Below, piece by piece: positions 48,670-58,997 of a stretch of DNA of 64,000 nt. Within the stretch, counting starts at the first letter, position 1, and every line of letters starts with the position of its first letter. The notes under the pieces are model-generated. The model saw only the letters and a program-made list of their open reading frames with translations, searched no databases and was not told where the DNA came from. Position numbers and translations under genes: made by a program. This DNA is from an uncultured Chloroflexia bacterium (GTDB lineage: Bacteria; Chloroflexota; Chloroflexia; Thermomicrobiales; UBA6265): the NCBI GenBank assembly GCA_963724295.1, contig CAVRUC010000007.1, positions 288,001 through 352,000 on the forward strand. The letters are read 5' to 3'.

Positions 48670-50010
48670 GTGTCGGAAGGACTCATCAACGGCCTCTATA
48701 TCATTCCCATACTCGCAGTCCTCATCCTCGTCCATGAGATCGGGCACTTCGTTGCGGCCCGCCTGATCGGAGTAAGGGTCGAAGAGTTCGGTATCGGTAT
48801 CCCTCCGCGCATCAAGGGGTGGCGCCGCAACGGGGTCCTCTGGTCGATCAACTGGATCCCCTTTGGAGGCTTCGTCAAGGTTCTGGGGGAAGACGGCAAA
48901 GCCAACGATCCGGAGTCGATCAACGCCAAGTCTCCGGCGAAACGAGCGTTCTTCCTCGTTGCCGGATCCGCGATGAACTTCCTCCTTGCCTTCGTCCTCA
49001 TGATTCTGGTCGTCGGTTTCCAGGGCGTATCCCGTTCAAATGTCTACATCGCATCCGTGGTTTCCGGATCCCCGGCTGAGACCGCGGGGTGGGAGGCGGG
49101 GGATCGCATCGTCGAGGTTGCCGGTGTTCCCATCGAGTCCTCCACCGACGTCGGGCAGCGAGCGCGTGAGTTCAGTGGAAATCCGATGAGCGTCGTCGTC
49201 GAGCGCAACGGCGAACTCGTCGAAACCTCGGTCGTGCCACGCGTGAATCCGCCCGCGGGCGAGGGCCCCACCGGAGTCGGTATTGTCGATTCCCCGATCG
49301 CGGACACGAGCGTCGAAGCCACAACGGCGGGGTTGCCCGCCGCGGAAGCGGGCTTGCAGTCCGGCGACCGGATTTTGGCCGTCGGTTCAGAGCAGGTCGG
49401 CGATCCCTACACGCTCCAGTTCGCGCTGATGAACGCCTCCGGATCGACCGTTCCGGTCGAGGTGGCCCGCGGTAGCGAGCAGACCACCGTTTCGCTCGTT
49501 GTGCCAGATCTGGACGCTGAGGGCGACCTGCTCGAGCAACTGGGATTCGACCTTGCCATCAAGCCCCAGTTCGATCGCGTTCCGCTCGGTTCGATTATCC
49601 CCGTCGGCGTCGCTCAGGCCTGGGAGCAATCCGGACAGATGCTCGCTGGAATCCGCGATCTGGTCACCGGACGCGCCCCACTCGATCAGATCGCGGGACC
49701 GCTTGGCATGGGTCAGATCACAAGCGAGATCGTGAGCGCGAGCCCGCTGCCGCTCTGGGTCACGCTTGCACAGCTGGCGATCTTGCTCTCGTTGAACCTG
49801 GCTGTCCTCAATCTGCTACCGCTTCCAGCTTTGGATGGGGGGCGGCTACTGTTCGTCATCGTCGAGGTCCTGCGCGGCGGGAAGAAGCTGGCGCCCGAGC
49901 GCGAGGGAATCGTGCACGTGGCCGGACTGATCCTGCTCCTCGGCTTTATGGTGATCGTATTGGTACTGGACGCGCTCCGAATCTACGAAGGTCGATCCTT
50001 CCTGCCCTAA
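48670..50010 (+). CDS. rseP: Intramembrane zinc metalloprotease RseP (M50) with two PDZ domains
   Basis: HEIGH, P.GGFV, two GD.I PDZ repeats, NLLPLPALDGG. Confidence 0.93.
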   Translation: MSEGLINGLYIIPILAVLILVHEIGHFVAARLIGVRVEEFGIGIPPRIKGWRRNGVLWSINWIPFGGFVKVLGEDGKANDPESINAKSPAKRAFFLVAGSAMNFLLAFVLMILVVGFQGVSRSNVYIASVVSGSPAETAGWEAGDRIVEVAGVPIESSTDVGQRAREFSGNPMSVVVERNGELVETSVVPRVNPPAGEGPTGVGIVDSPIADTSVEATTAGLPAAEAGLQSGDRILAVGSEQVGDPYTLQFALMNASGSTVPVEVARGSEQTTVSLVVPDLDAEGDLLEQLGFDLAIKPQFDRVPLGSIIPVGVAQAWEQSGQMLAGIRDLVTGRAPLDQIAGPLGMGQITSEIVSASPLPLWVTLAQLAILLSLNLAVLNLLPLPALDGGRLLFVIVEVLRGGKKLAPEREGIVHVAGLILLLGFMVIVLVLDALRIYEGRSFLP

Positions 50011-50038
50011 TCGACGAAGGATCAGGAGAAATCACGAA

Positions 50039-51217
50039 ATGTCCTTGATTGCGCCGCGGCGACCGACTCGGGTGCTTCATGTCGGCGATGTCAAAGTGGG
50101 TGGCGAGAATCCCGTTGTCGTGCAGTCGATGACAACCGCGGATACTCGGGACCCGATTGCCACGCTCCGTCAAATTCGCGAGCTCGCGGAGGCAGGGTGC
50201 GAGATCGTCCGCATCGCGGTTCCGGATCGCAAAGCTGCCGCGGCGCTCCCGGACATCGTGCCGCACGCACCGGTGCCGCTCATCGCCGATATTCACTTCG
50301 AGCACACGCTGGCGCTGAAAGCGCTCGACGCCGGTATCCACGGCCTGCGTCTCAACCCCGGTAACATCCGCAAACCCGAAGATGTGCGCGAAGTTGTCCA
50401 GCGGGCCAAGGAACGCCAGGTTCCCATCCGCATCGGTGTCAATTTCGGCTCGGTGGCGCCGATGCCCGAAGCCTTCGTCGACGAGATGGCTGAGCGCGGC
50501 GCGTCCCAGGTCGAGCTTCGCGCCGAATGGCTGGTCCGGTCAGCACTTGGACACATTCGGATCCTCGAGGATCTCGATTTTGGCTTGACCAAAGTAAGCC
50601 TGAAAGCGTTTGAGCTGCCGGTACTCTTCGAGGCGTACCGGCGGTTCGCTGCCCTACCGAACGACTATCCGCTCCATCTGGGAGTAACCGAGGCCGGAAC
50701 GCCCCGGTCGGGAAGCGTGCGCTCCGCAACCGGAATTGGGACGTTGCTCGCGCTTGGCATCGGCGACACGATTCGCGTGTCGCTGACAACCGATCCCGTC
50801 GAGGAAGTGTTTGTTGCTTACGAGATCTTGAAGAGCCTCGAGCTGCGTCAGAAGGGCGCGGTCATGATCGCCTGCCCGACGTGTGGGCGCGTCGAAGTCG
50901 ACCTCTTCACCCTGGCCAACCAGGTCGATGAGTTCCTCACTACGGTGACCGAGCCCATCCGCGTCGCGGTGATGGGCTGCGTCGTCAATGGTCCCGGTGA
51001 GTCCCGCGACGCCGATGTCGGCCTTGCCGCGGGGAATGGCAAGGGCGTCATCTTCCGCAAAGGCAAGATCGTCCGCACCGTCGCGGAAACTGACATGCTC
51101 GCCGCATTGAAGGACGAGATTCGCCTGGTTGTTGACGAGCGGAAGAGCGGGGTGGTCGAAGAAGTCGCCGATCGCTATCAGACCACACGCCCGTCGCTTC
51201 GCCTGACGGCCGTCTAG
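50039..51217 (+). CDS. ispG: (E)-4-hydroxy-3-methylbut-2-enyl-diphosphate synthase
   Basis: VQSMT, ADIHF, R.NPGNI, RIGVN.GS, YPLHLGVTEAG, GIGDTIRVSL, CPTCGR, MGCVVNGPGE. Confidence 0.97.
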   Translation: MSLIAPRRPTRVLHVGDVKVGGENPVVVQSMTTADTRDPIATLRQIRELAEAGCEIVRIAVPDRKAAAALPDIVPHAPVPLIADIHFEHTLALKALDAGIHGLRLNPGNIRKPEDVREVVQRAKERQVPIRIGVNFGSVAPMPEAFVDEMAERGASQVELRAEWLVRSALGHIRILEDLDFGLTKVSLKAFELPVLFEAYRRFAALPNDYPLHLGVTEAGTPRSGSVRSATGIGTLLALGIGDTIRVSLTTDPVEEVFVAYEILKSLELRQKGAVMIACPTCGRVEVDLFTLANQVDEFLTTVTEPIRVAVMGCVVNGPGESRDADVGLAAGNGKGVIFRKGKIVRTVAETDMLAALKDEIRLVVDERKSGVVEEVADRYQTTRPSLRLTAV

Positions 51218-51234
51218 CCGCGGCCGCGTCGCGG

Positions 51235-52095
51235 GTGCAGACCTCCGGGGACCGCCATGCTCGGCGAACCGGCGTCGCCCTCTGGGGCGCCGCGATGGCG
51301 ACGGCGGCACCAGTCGCCATCGCGGGTCTAGGTCACAGCGCGCGACACGAAGCGCCCTACCGGCCTGTCCTGGAGCGAGTCGAGATTCGCATCCCCCCCG
51401 GCGTGCAGATCCCGCCGCGGCTGCGCATTGGCTTCGTCGCCGATACCCATCTGGGTTCGGTGGTCCGTCCGCCGGATGTTGACCGCGCTTTGGCGCTGCT
51501 CCTCTCGGCTAAACCCGACCTTCTCCTCTTCGGCGGCGACTACGTCTCCGAATCGCCTCGTCACATCACGGAGGCCGCCGCGGTGCTTGGTAATGTCGCA
51601 AACGCGACCCGATTTGGCTCGCTAGCGGTTCTCGGCAACCATGACTATGCCAATGGCGCAGCGCGAATGACAGCGCAGCTCGAGAAACATGGCATCCGGG
51701 TGCTGCGCAATGAATCCGCTCGCATAGGCGATGATACCGGCGAGCTCTGGATCGCCGGTATCGACGACGCGCTGCTCGGTTCACCCGACCCGGCGCGCGC
51801 GTTCGCCGGTGTGCCGTCGCGGGCACACGCCATCGCACTTTGGCACGAGTCCGACTGGGCCGAGCAGGTAGTCGACCACGGGGCTTTGCTGCAGCTCTCC
51901 GGCCACAGCCACGGCGGTCAGGTGCGGCTGCCCGTTGCTGGCACAGTTGCTGCGCCTGCGGGCGGCAGGCGCTTCGTGAAGGGGCTCAACCTGGCCGCGG
52001 GCATGCCGGTCTACACGACCCGCGGGGTTGGCGTCTTTCGTCCACCGGTGCGATTCCGTTGTTCGCCGGAGGTCACCCTCGTGACGTTGGTCTAA
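51235..52095 (+). CDS. YkuE-like metallophosphoesterase
   Basis: DTH, GGDY, LGNHD, LSGHSHGGQV, RF.C.PE. Confidence 0.9.
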   Translation: MQTSGDRHARRTGVALWGAAMATAAPVAIAGLGHSARHEAPYRPVLERVEIRIPPGVQIPPRLRIGFVADTHLGSVVRPPDVDRALALLLSAKPDLLLFGGDYVSESPRHITEAAAVLGNVANATRFGSLAVLGNHDYANGAARMTAQLEKHGIRVLRNESARIGDDTGELWIAGIDDALLGSPDPARAFAGVPSRAHAIALWHESDWAEQVVDHGALLQLSGHSHGGQVRLPVAGTVAAPAGGRRFVKGLNLAAGMPVYTTRGVGVFRPPVRFRCSPEVTLVTLV

Positions 52096-52176
52096 GTTTT
52101 GTCCCGATTACTCCTTGGCGCGACTTACGATGCGTGTCACGCTCGCGCCCGCGTCCGATTGTCGAGTGGGGGGAAC

Positions 52177-53262
52177 GTGACAGATTCCCGGAAGTTGAAG
52201 ATCGGAATCATCGGTTGCGGTGTGGGCTTCCTGCACTTGCAGGGCTTCGCCGAGAACCCGCGCGCTCAAGTCGTTGCCATCGCGGGTCTCGATGAGGAGC
52301 GCTGCCGCGAGCTGGCCAAGCAATTCGACGTCCCGCGCGTCTATCGAGACTACCAGGATCTGGTCGCCGACCCTGACATCGAGGCTGTGACCGTCGCCGT
52401 GCCGAACATCTTGCACGTGCCGGTCTCGCTTGCGGCACTGGAAGCCGGCAAGCACGTCATGGTCGAAAAACCACTGGCGCCAACAGCCGCGGAAGGCCAA
52501 CAGATCATCGAGGCGGCGCGGCGCGCGGATCGCGTTCTTGGCGTTGTCTTCAACCGGCGAGGCCGGCAGGACGTTCAACTGGTCAAGAAGGAGGTCGAGC
52601 GCGGGAATCTTGGCGAGATCTACCACGCCCGCGCGTTCTGGATGCGGCGCTCCGGCATTCCGGGTCTTGGCACCTGGTTCACGTCGAAGCAGATGGCTGG
52701 CGGCGGGCCCCTGATCGACCTTGGCATCCACGTGCTTGACATGTCCCTTTGGGTCCTTGGCAATCCAACAGCGCGTCGCGTGAGTGCGGCGACCTATGCC
52801 GCACTAGGACCGAAGGGGCGAGGTCAGTGGCAAGGGAATCGGTTCAAGATGGCGCCCGGAGAGCCGTACGAAGTCGAGGATTTTGCCACGGCGTTCATCC
52901 GATTCGACGGTGGGCTGACGCTTCAACTCGATGCCTCGTGGGCCGCCTATACCGGGCACGGCGACGATTTCGGGATGTCGGTCCTGGGCGACAACGGCGG
53001 CGCCGAGATCCACGCCCGGGACTACGCCCAAACGGGGACGCTTCGCTTCTTCGGCGAGATCGACGGAGTCCCCACTATTACCGAGCCGCGCCTCCTCGAG
53101 CGGCATGGTCACGGCGAGGTCTTCAAGCAATTCATCGAGAGCGTGCTGGACGGCACGCCGATGTCCCCTTCCGGAGAAGAAGGACTCGACCGGGTCCGCC
53201 TCATCGAGGCGATCTACCGCTCGGCTGAACTTGGAGAGGAAGTCGAGGTGGAGGCTTCGTGA
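52177..53262 (+). CDS. Gfo/Idh/MocA-family oxidoreductase
   Basis: [40 protein letters not shown]. Confidence 0.93.
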   Translation: MTDSRKLKIGIIGCGVGFLHLQGFAENPRAQVVAIAGLDEERCRELAKQFDVPRVYRDYQDLVADPDIEAVTVAVPNILHVPVSLAALEAGKHVMVEKPLAPTAAEGQQIIEAARRADRVLGVVFNRRGRQDVQLVKKEVERGNLGEIYHARAFWMRRSGIPGLGTWFTSKQMAGGGPLIDLGIHVLDMSLWVLGNPTARRVSAATYAALGPKGRGQWQGNRFKMAPGEPYEVEDFATAFIRFDGGLTLQLDASWAAYTGHGDDFGMSVLGDNGGAEIHARDYAQTGTLRFFGEIDGVPTITEPRLLERHGHGEVFKQFIESVLDGTPMSPSGEEGLDRVRLIEAIYRSAELGEEVEVEAS

Positions 53263-53299
53263 GCGAGCAGATCCTCCACACCACGTTGGGAGGCGCGGA

Positions 53300-54046
53300 G
53301 TGAATCAGACTCGGGTTACCGTTTGGAACGAATACCGGCATGAACGTGAGGACGAGCGCTACCGATCGGTCTATCCGGACGGTATCCATGGCGCGATTGC
53401 CGAGGGTTTGAGCCCCTCCGATGACCTCAGCGTCCGCACGGCAACTCTGGACGAGCCGGACAATGGTCTCCCCGAGGACGTCCTGATGGCCACGGACGTG
53501 CTCATCTGGTGGGGACACAAGGCCCACGAGGAAGTCAGCGACGAGACCGTCAACCGAGTCCAGGCCCGGGTACTTCATGGCATGGGGCTGGTCGTCCTCC
53601 ACTCCGGCCACCACTCGAAAATCTTCAAGCGGCTCATGGGAACCTCTTGCAATCTCATCTGGCGCGTCGCGGACGAGACCGAGCGCATCTGGGTTGTCGC
53701 GCCCTCACATCCAATCGCGGCCGGGCTGGATCGCTTCATCGAGCTGGAGCGTGAAGAGATGTACGGCGAGTTCTTCGACGTTCCGCCTCCGGAAGAGCTC
53801 GTGTTCCTTTCCTGGTTCCCCGGTGGGGAGGTCTTTCGATCGGGGTGTTGTTACACCCGCGGATCGGGAAAGGTCTTCTACTTCCGACCCGGTCACGAGA
53901 GCTATCCAACGTTCTACAACCCCGATGTGCGGACGGTGATTGCCAATGCCGTGCGCTGGGCCGCTCCGGTCGACGGACCAGGCCGGGTGTTCGGCAATCA
54001 GGCGCCCCTCACGAGTCGGATGTCGGGCGTCGGAGGTCGGACGTGA
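53300..54046 (+). CDS. thuA: ThuA-domain (trehalose utilization) protein
   Basis: [58 protein letters not shown]. Confidence 0.9.
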   Translation: MNQTRVTVWNEYRHEREDERYRSVYPDGIHGAIAEGLSPSDDLSVRTATLDEPDNGLPEDVLMATDVLIWWGHKAHEEVSDETVNRVQARVLHGMGLVVLHSGHHSKIFKRLMGTSCNLIWRVADETERIWVVAPSHPIAAGLDRFIELEREEMYGEFFDVPPPEELVFLSWFPGGEVFRSGCCYTRGSGKVFYFRPGHESYPTFYNPDVRTVIANAVRWAAPVDGPGRVFGNQAPLTSRMSGVGGRT

Positions 54047-54078
54047 GATCAACTGCCCCGGGCGGCTGAGGAGGCGAG

Positions 54079-55290
54079 GTGTCAGCCTCACGCCATTTTG
54101 ACGTCATCGTGCTTGGCGGCGGAACGATGGGAACAGCCGCCGCCTGGGCGCTCGGCAAACGCGGCATGAAATCTCTGGTCCTCGAGCAGTTTCACCACGT
54201 CCATGACCAGGGGAGCCACGGTGGCGAGACGCGAATCATCCGCCATGCCTATGCCGAGTCTCCAGAGTACGTCCCCCTCGTCCGCCGCGCGGATCAGCTC
54301 TGGCAGGAGCTGGAGGCCTCAATCGGGGAGCGGGTTCTGGTGCGCTGCGGCGGGCTCGAGCTCGCCGCGCCCGGTTTTGCCCATGCTCACGCGGCCCGCA
54401 CTAGCGCCGACGCCCACAGACTCGCCTACGAGTGGCTTACGCCCGACGAGGTGATGTCACGTTGGCCAGCATTTCGAGTTCCCGAGGACTGGGAGGCGCT
54501 CTACAGCCCGGACAGCGGTTTTCTCCTCACCGAGCCGGCGCTAGGCGGTATGGCGGATGCCGCCCGCACGCTGGGCGCCACGATCCTGGAACAGACTCCA
54601 GCCGTAGCCTGGGGCGCAGACCTCGAGCACGTCTGGGTCGATACCCGGGTCGAGCGCTTCGAGGCGGAGGCCCTGGTCGTGACTGCGGGAGCATGGGCGT
54701 CGCCCATGCTCGCGGAGCTAAACCTACCCATTCACATCCTGCGCAAAACGCTCTGGTGGCAGGAGGTGAGCGACCCGCGGCAGTTCGAACCGGACCGGTT
54801 CCCGGTGTTCATCACTGACTCACCCACCGGGGAGATCTACGGGTTTCCGGTCCACGGTGTTCCGGGACTCAAGATCGCCAACCATGCCGGTGGCGAGATC
54901 GCCGATCCGGAAAGGGTGGACCGATCGACGAGGCCAGGCGAAAACCGCGATTGTCTCGAACTGGCGGCGCGTGTGCTTCCTGGTGTCGGCTCATGTGTGG
55001 TCAAGAGCGCCGTCTGTTTGTACGCCATGACTCCGGATACGGACTTCATCGTCGATCGGCATCCGGAGCTGCCCCGGGTTGCGATTGGCGCGGGATTTTC
55101 TGGTCACGGCTTCAAGTTCGCGCCGGCAATCGGCGAGCTCCTTGCCGAGATGGTCACCGATCCGGCAGCCGGAATCGATCCCGCGGCTGCAATTATCTCG
55201 ATTCGAGCCAGCTGGTGTGGCGGAATCAACCGCAGGTTCCGCGTAGCCCTCAGAAATTTCAATCGCCTCGAGGCTCTGGTTCCCGGATGA
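54079..55290 (+). CDS. solA: N-methyl-L-tryptophan oxidase / monomeric sarcosine oxidase family; true stop possibly 55246
   Basis: GGGTMG, GSHGG.TRIIR.AY, C.Y..TPD.DF, GFSGHGFKF.P.IG. Confidence 0.85.
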   Translation: MSASRHFDVIVLGGGTMGTAAAWALGKRGMKSLVLEQFHHVHDQGSHGGETRIIRHAYAESPEYVPLVRRADQLWQELEASIGERVLVRCGGLELAAPGFAHAHAARTSADAHRLAYEWLTPDEVMSRWPAFRVPEDWEALYSPDSGFLLTEPALGGMADAARTLGATILEQTPAVAWGADLEHVWVDTRVERFEAEALVVTAGAWASPMLAELNLPIHILRKTLWWQEVSDPRQFEPDRFPVFITDSPTGEIYGFPVHGVPGLKIANHAGGEIADPERVDRSTRPGENRDCLELAARVLPGVGSCVVKSAVCLYAMTPDTDFIVDRHPELPRVAIGAGFSGHGFKFAPAIGELLAEMVTDPAAGIDPAAAIISIRASWCGGINRRFRVALRNFNRLEALVPG

Positions 55291-55651
55291 CCCGTTTGGC
55301 GTAGACCTGGGCTGGCGGCGAATCATCCGGCGTCGACGATCCCAGCGCTGTGACGGGATCTTGCGGAAACGAGCCTTCCGGCCAATCGCCGTTTGCCTGG
55401 CCCCATTCATTGATGATGCGCTGCAGGTTCCGATCGCTCGTCACAAACCCCGTAGCCGACGTCTTGCGGGCACTGCCACCATGGGTCACCTCGCTCAGAC
55501 CCTCGCGCAGGTCGCGCACGAAGGCGGCAAGCTGGTGCTCATCAAAGTTTTCAGTGAAGGGAAAAATCCGGCGATCGCGCGTTTGCAGAAATCGCACGAT
55601 GCGGTCCATGAGCCAGTCGTGGTATCGCTGCTGCGGATTGATCTGCGCCAC
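55259..55651 (-). CDS. Hypothetical protein
   Basis: 130-aa ORF with GAGG RBS-like site, protein-like composition, fills the gap between solA and the M16 gene. Confidence 0.65.
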   Translation of the reverse strand: MAQINPQQRYHDWLMDRIVRFLQTRDRRIFPFTENFDEHQLAAFVRDLREGLSEVTHGGSARKTSATGFVTSDRNLQRIINEWGQANGDWPEGSFPQDPVTALGSSTPDDSPPAQVYAKRVIREPEPRGD

Positions 55652-55806
55652 ACTCTACCTCGTGCTGCATGAAGCCCGTGCAACCGCTCACCCCCGGCCT
55701 GGGGGCATCCTAACCCGCTGCATTCTATCCTGACCGGGCATCTACGACGCGCTCGGCGCCTGAGGCAACAGTGCGGTCCAGGATTTCAACGCGTGGAGTG
55801 AACGTT

Positions 55807-58449
55807 ATGGCGCCACCAATATCCAATCATGTGGTCGATACGCATCTCAGCAACGGACTGGGGATCATTCTCAAAGAGGATCACACCGCACCAATCGTCT
55901 CCATGTGGACGTGGTACCGGGTCGGCAGTCGCAACGAACGGCCCGGGAAGACAGGACTTTCACACTGGGTCGAGCACATGCAATTCAAGGGCACCGCGGA
56001 TATCGCGAAGGGTCAGATTTTTCGCGACGTCTCGCGGGTTGGGGGAACGCTCAACGCCCTGACCTCGCATGATTGGACCGCGTATTTCGAAACCGTTCCC
56101 GCACACCAGATCGACCTTCCGCTCCGCATCGAATCCGATCGCGTGACGGGATCGCTGTTCGCACCCGAAGAGGTCGAGTCCGAGCGGACCGTCATCCTCT
56201 CTGAACGGCAGGGCGCAGAGAACAACCCGGGTTACGCCCTCTATGAGGAAGTGGTCGGCTCGGCATTCCACGCTCATCCCTACCGGCACATGGTGATCGG
56301 ATACGAGGGCGACCTGCGCACGATCTCACGCGGCGATCTCTACCAGCACTACCGGCGCTTATATCACCCAAGCAATGCGTTCGTCGTCGCCGTCGGTGAT
56401 TTCGATAGCGACGATCTTCTCAGCCGCCTCGAGCGCGCATTCGGCGCGGTTCCCGCTGGCGAGCCGATTCCCCGTTCCATTGGCATCACAGAGCCGGAGC
56501 AACAAGGCGAGCGTCGTGTCTTGCTGCGACGACCATCCGGCGTGCCGTACTTGCGCGTGGCCTATCACGCGCCGGCCGCCGCGGATGCCGATGCGGTTCC
56601 CTTGCTGGTCGCGGAAGCCGTCCTGTCCGGTGGCCAGCCGATGGGGCTGGGTGGTGGCAGCGCCATGGGGCGGTCATCGCGCCTCTACAGAGCATTGGTT
56701 GCGTCAGGTCTTGCTCGCGCCGCGGGAAGCGACATGAGCCTGACGATCGACCCGTACCTGTTTCAGATCGGAGTTACGGGTCTGCCCGGCTCCGACCTGT
56801 CGGAGCTGGAGCGCCTCGTTCACGGCGAAGTCGCCCGGTTGCAAGAAGAGCCGGTCCCTGCCGAGGAGTTGCAACGAGCCGTTCGCCAGCTGGAAGCACA
56901 GTTCGTCTACTCCTCGGAAGGGATGACCAACCAGGCGTACTGGCTCGGGCTCTGTGAAGTCGTCGACGGCTGGGAACGGGCGGCTTCCCTGCCCGATGAG
57001 ATCAGGAGCGTGACCGCCGCAGACATCCAACGTGTGGCGCGGCAATACCTTCTTCCAGAGCGGCGAACCGTCGGCTGGCTTGAACCGCTTTCCATCGACG
57101 CGCCAACTGGCACCCCGGATGCGGAGGGTGTTCGTCACTTCGCGCCTCCGGCGGCCTGGGGTCTGACCGGTCCCCGATCGTCCGCGGAGGCGGAGCGCGT
57201 GGCGTTTCACCGGGCAGTCCTTGCCAATGGCATCCCGGTTCTTGGCCAGCAGCGACTACAGAGCCAGTCTTTCGCGCTTCGACTTCGCGTTCCGGCAGGC
57301 ACGGTCTACGAACTTCCCGAAGAGTCGGGTATCGCGTTTCTCACGGCCCGCTCGCTGCAGCGCGGGTCGAGCGGTCACTCGTTTGACGAGATCAGCACCC
57401 GGCTCGACGAGCTGGGTGGCTCGATGACGGTCGATGCGGGGCGCGAGTTCATTGAGGTGCGCGTGCGCGGCTTGCGAGACGACTTTCAGGAACTGATCCG
57501 GTTGCTGGCGGACGCGTTGCAACGTCCTGATTTTCCGGCAGCCGAGGTTGCCAAGGTCCGATCCGAGCAGATCGGCGCCATCGCGGAGGCGGACAACGAC
57601 ACCCGAGCCACGGCCGACCGCCTGCTCCGGCGGTCCGTCTATCCCGAGCCAAATCCGTTTGGGCGCCGAGTTCTCGGCAATCGTGAGATCGTCAGCACGC
57701 TCGATCGAGAGGCGGTTGCCGGGTATCACGCGCGGGCGTTCAGCCCGGTCGGCACCTCGATTGCCATGGTGGGTGGGATCGCCGAGTTCGACGAGGCGGT
57801 GGAAGGGCTTTCGTCGGCTATGGGCTCCTGGGACGTGGCCGGCTCCAGAGTCGATATCGCCAATCAGGTCGTGACCAATGACACCGTGGTCCGCACCACG
57901 GAGGAGATTCCTGGTAAGAGTCAGGTCGATATTGCGGCGGGGCTCGCCACGATTCCTCGCGGGCACCAGGACTATTACGCGCTCGATATCGCAAACATGA
58001 TCCTGGGCCGGCTTGGATTGATGGGGCGTCTCGGGGCGGAGGTGCGCGACCGGCAAGGGCTCGCCTACTACGCCTCGAGCCAGCTCGAGCCTCGTCGCGA
58101 CAGCACGTTATGGGCAGCGCGGGCCGGTGTCGATCCCGAAAACGTCGAGCGCGCCGTCCACGCGGTCCAAACCGAACTTGACCGGCTTCGCTCCGATTTG
58201 GTCTCCGAGGAGGAGCTTGAGGACGCGAAGAGCTACCTGACGGGTGTGCTCCCGCTGGCGCTCGAGACGCACGACGGGGTGGCCTCGATATTGCTGGCGA
58301 TCGAGGAGTTTGGTCTGGGCCTCGACTATCTCGACCGGTACCCTGACATCATCGCCGCGGTCGAACGCGAGCACGTACGGCATGCGGCGCGGGCGCATCT
58401 GGACCCCGAAAGGCTCGCCATCGGCATCGCCAGACCCGCGGGGCCATGA
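55807..58449 (+). CDS. M16 (pitrilysin-family) zinc peptidase, fused two-module form
   Basis: Y.VGS..E..GKTG.SHWVEHMQFKG (HxxEH), LNA.TS.D.T.Y; inactive second half with EVRDRQGLAY. Confidence 0.93.
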   Translation: MAPPISNHVVDTHLSNGLGIILKEDHTAPIVSMWTWYRVGSRNERPGKTGLSHWVEHMQFKGTADIAKGQIFRDVSRVGGTLNALTSHDWTAYFETVPAHQIDLPLRIESDRVTGSLFAPEEVESERTVILSERQGAENNPGYALYEEVVGSAFHAHPYRHMVIGYEGDLRTISRGDLYQHYRRLYHPSNAFVVAVGDFDSDDLLSRLERAFGAVPAGEPIPRSIGITEPEQQGERRVLLRRPSGVPYLRVAYHAPAAADADAVPLLVAEAVLSGGQPMGLGGGSAMGRSSRLYRALVASGLARAAGSDMSLTIDPYLFQIGVTGLPGSDLSELERLVHGEVARLQEEPVPAEELQRAVRQLEAQFVYSSEGMTNQAYWLGLCEVVDGWERAASLPDEIRSVTAADIQRVARQYLLPERRTVGWLEPLSIDAPTGTPDAEGVRHFAPPAAWGLTGPRSSAEAERVAFHRAVLANGIPVLGQQRLQSQSFALRLRVPAGTVYELPEESGIAFLTARSLQRGSSGHSFDEISTRLDELGGSMTVDAGREFIEVRVRGLRDDFQELIRLLADALQRPDFPAAEVAKVRSEQIGAIAEADNDTRATADRLLRRSVYPEPNPFGRRVLGNREIVSTLDREAVAGYHARAFSPVGTSIAMVGGIAEFDEAVEGLSSAMGSWDVAGSRVDIANQVVTNDTVVRTTEEIPGKSQVDIAAGLATIPRGHQDYYALDIANMILGRLGLMGRLGAEVRDRQGLAYYASSQLEPRRDSTLWAARAGVDPENVERAVHAVQTELDRLRSDLVSEEELEDAKSYLTGVLPLALETHDGVASILLAIEEFGLGLDYLDRYPDIIAAVEREHVRHAARAHLDPERLAIGIARPAGP

Positions 58450-58462
58450 AGAGCCTCAATCG

Positions 58463-58789
58463 TCAGAGAACGGCACTGGCCCGTTGGGCGAGTGGTTTCA
58501 AGTAGATCAGGAACTCATTCTGGCCGGAGCGCAGGATGCGGCTGATGCTGTAGCTCGTCTTGTGCGGTCGGTCTTGATAGATATCGCCTGGTTTGTAGCG
58601 TCCCAGGCGCATCTCTCGCGACGTCTTGGCCACGATCTCATAGGTTGGCGTATGACATGCGTCGCAGACCAGGTACTGGTCCACCTCGTCGGTCGGTCCG
58701 GTATAGCCGCGTTGCACGAGTCGGACATCAGCCGAGTCGCACCACGGACAGACCCGTGCCGCGGGTTCCCGGCGATCGCTTTCAGCCAC
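58463..58789 (-). CDS. Small zinc-ribbon protein
   Basis: CPWC ... CDAC pairs; GGAG RBS. Confidence 0.7.
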   Translation of the reverse strand: MAESDRREPAARVCPWCDSADVRLVQRGYTGPTDEVDQYLVCDACHTPTYEIVAKTSREMRLGRYKPGDIYQDRPHKTSYSISRILRSGQNEFLIYLKPLAQRASAVL

Positions 58790-58997
58790 CTACCAACTCC
58801 GGCCGCCGTTCGTACTCCGAAGCAGTATTGTACCAAGCAACGAGCAGCCGGCCTCGAATTGAGGCGCCCAGCACAGTTTCGGGGTTTCGACGTAGCCACG
58901 GCGCACCTGGCACTGAGGGCGCATAATGAGGGGGGCAGATGGATCTGGCGCCGCCAGACCGCCGGCCCACCCGCGACCCCGCGCGGAAGGAGGGATC

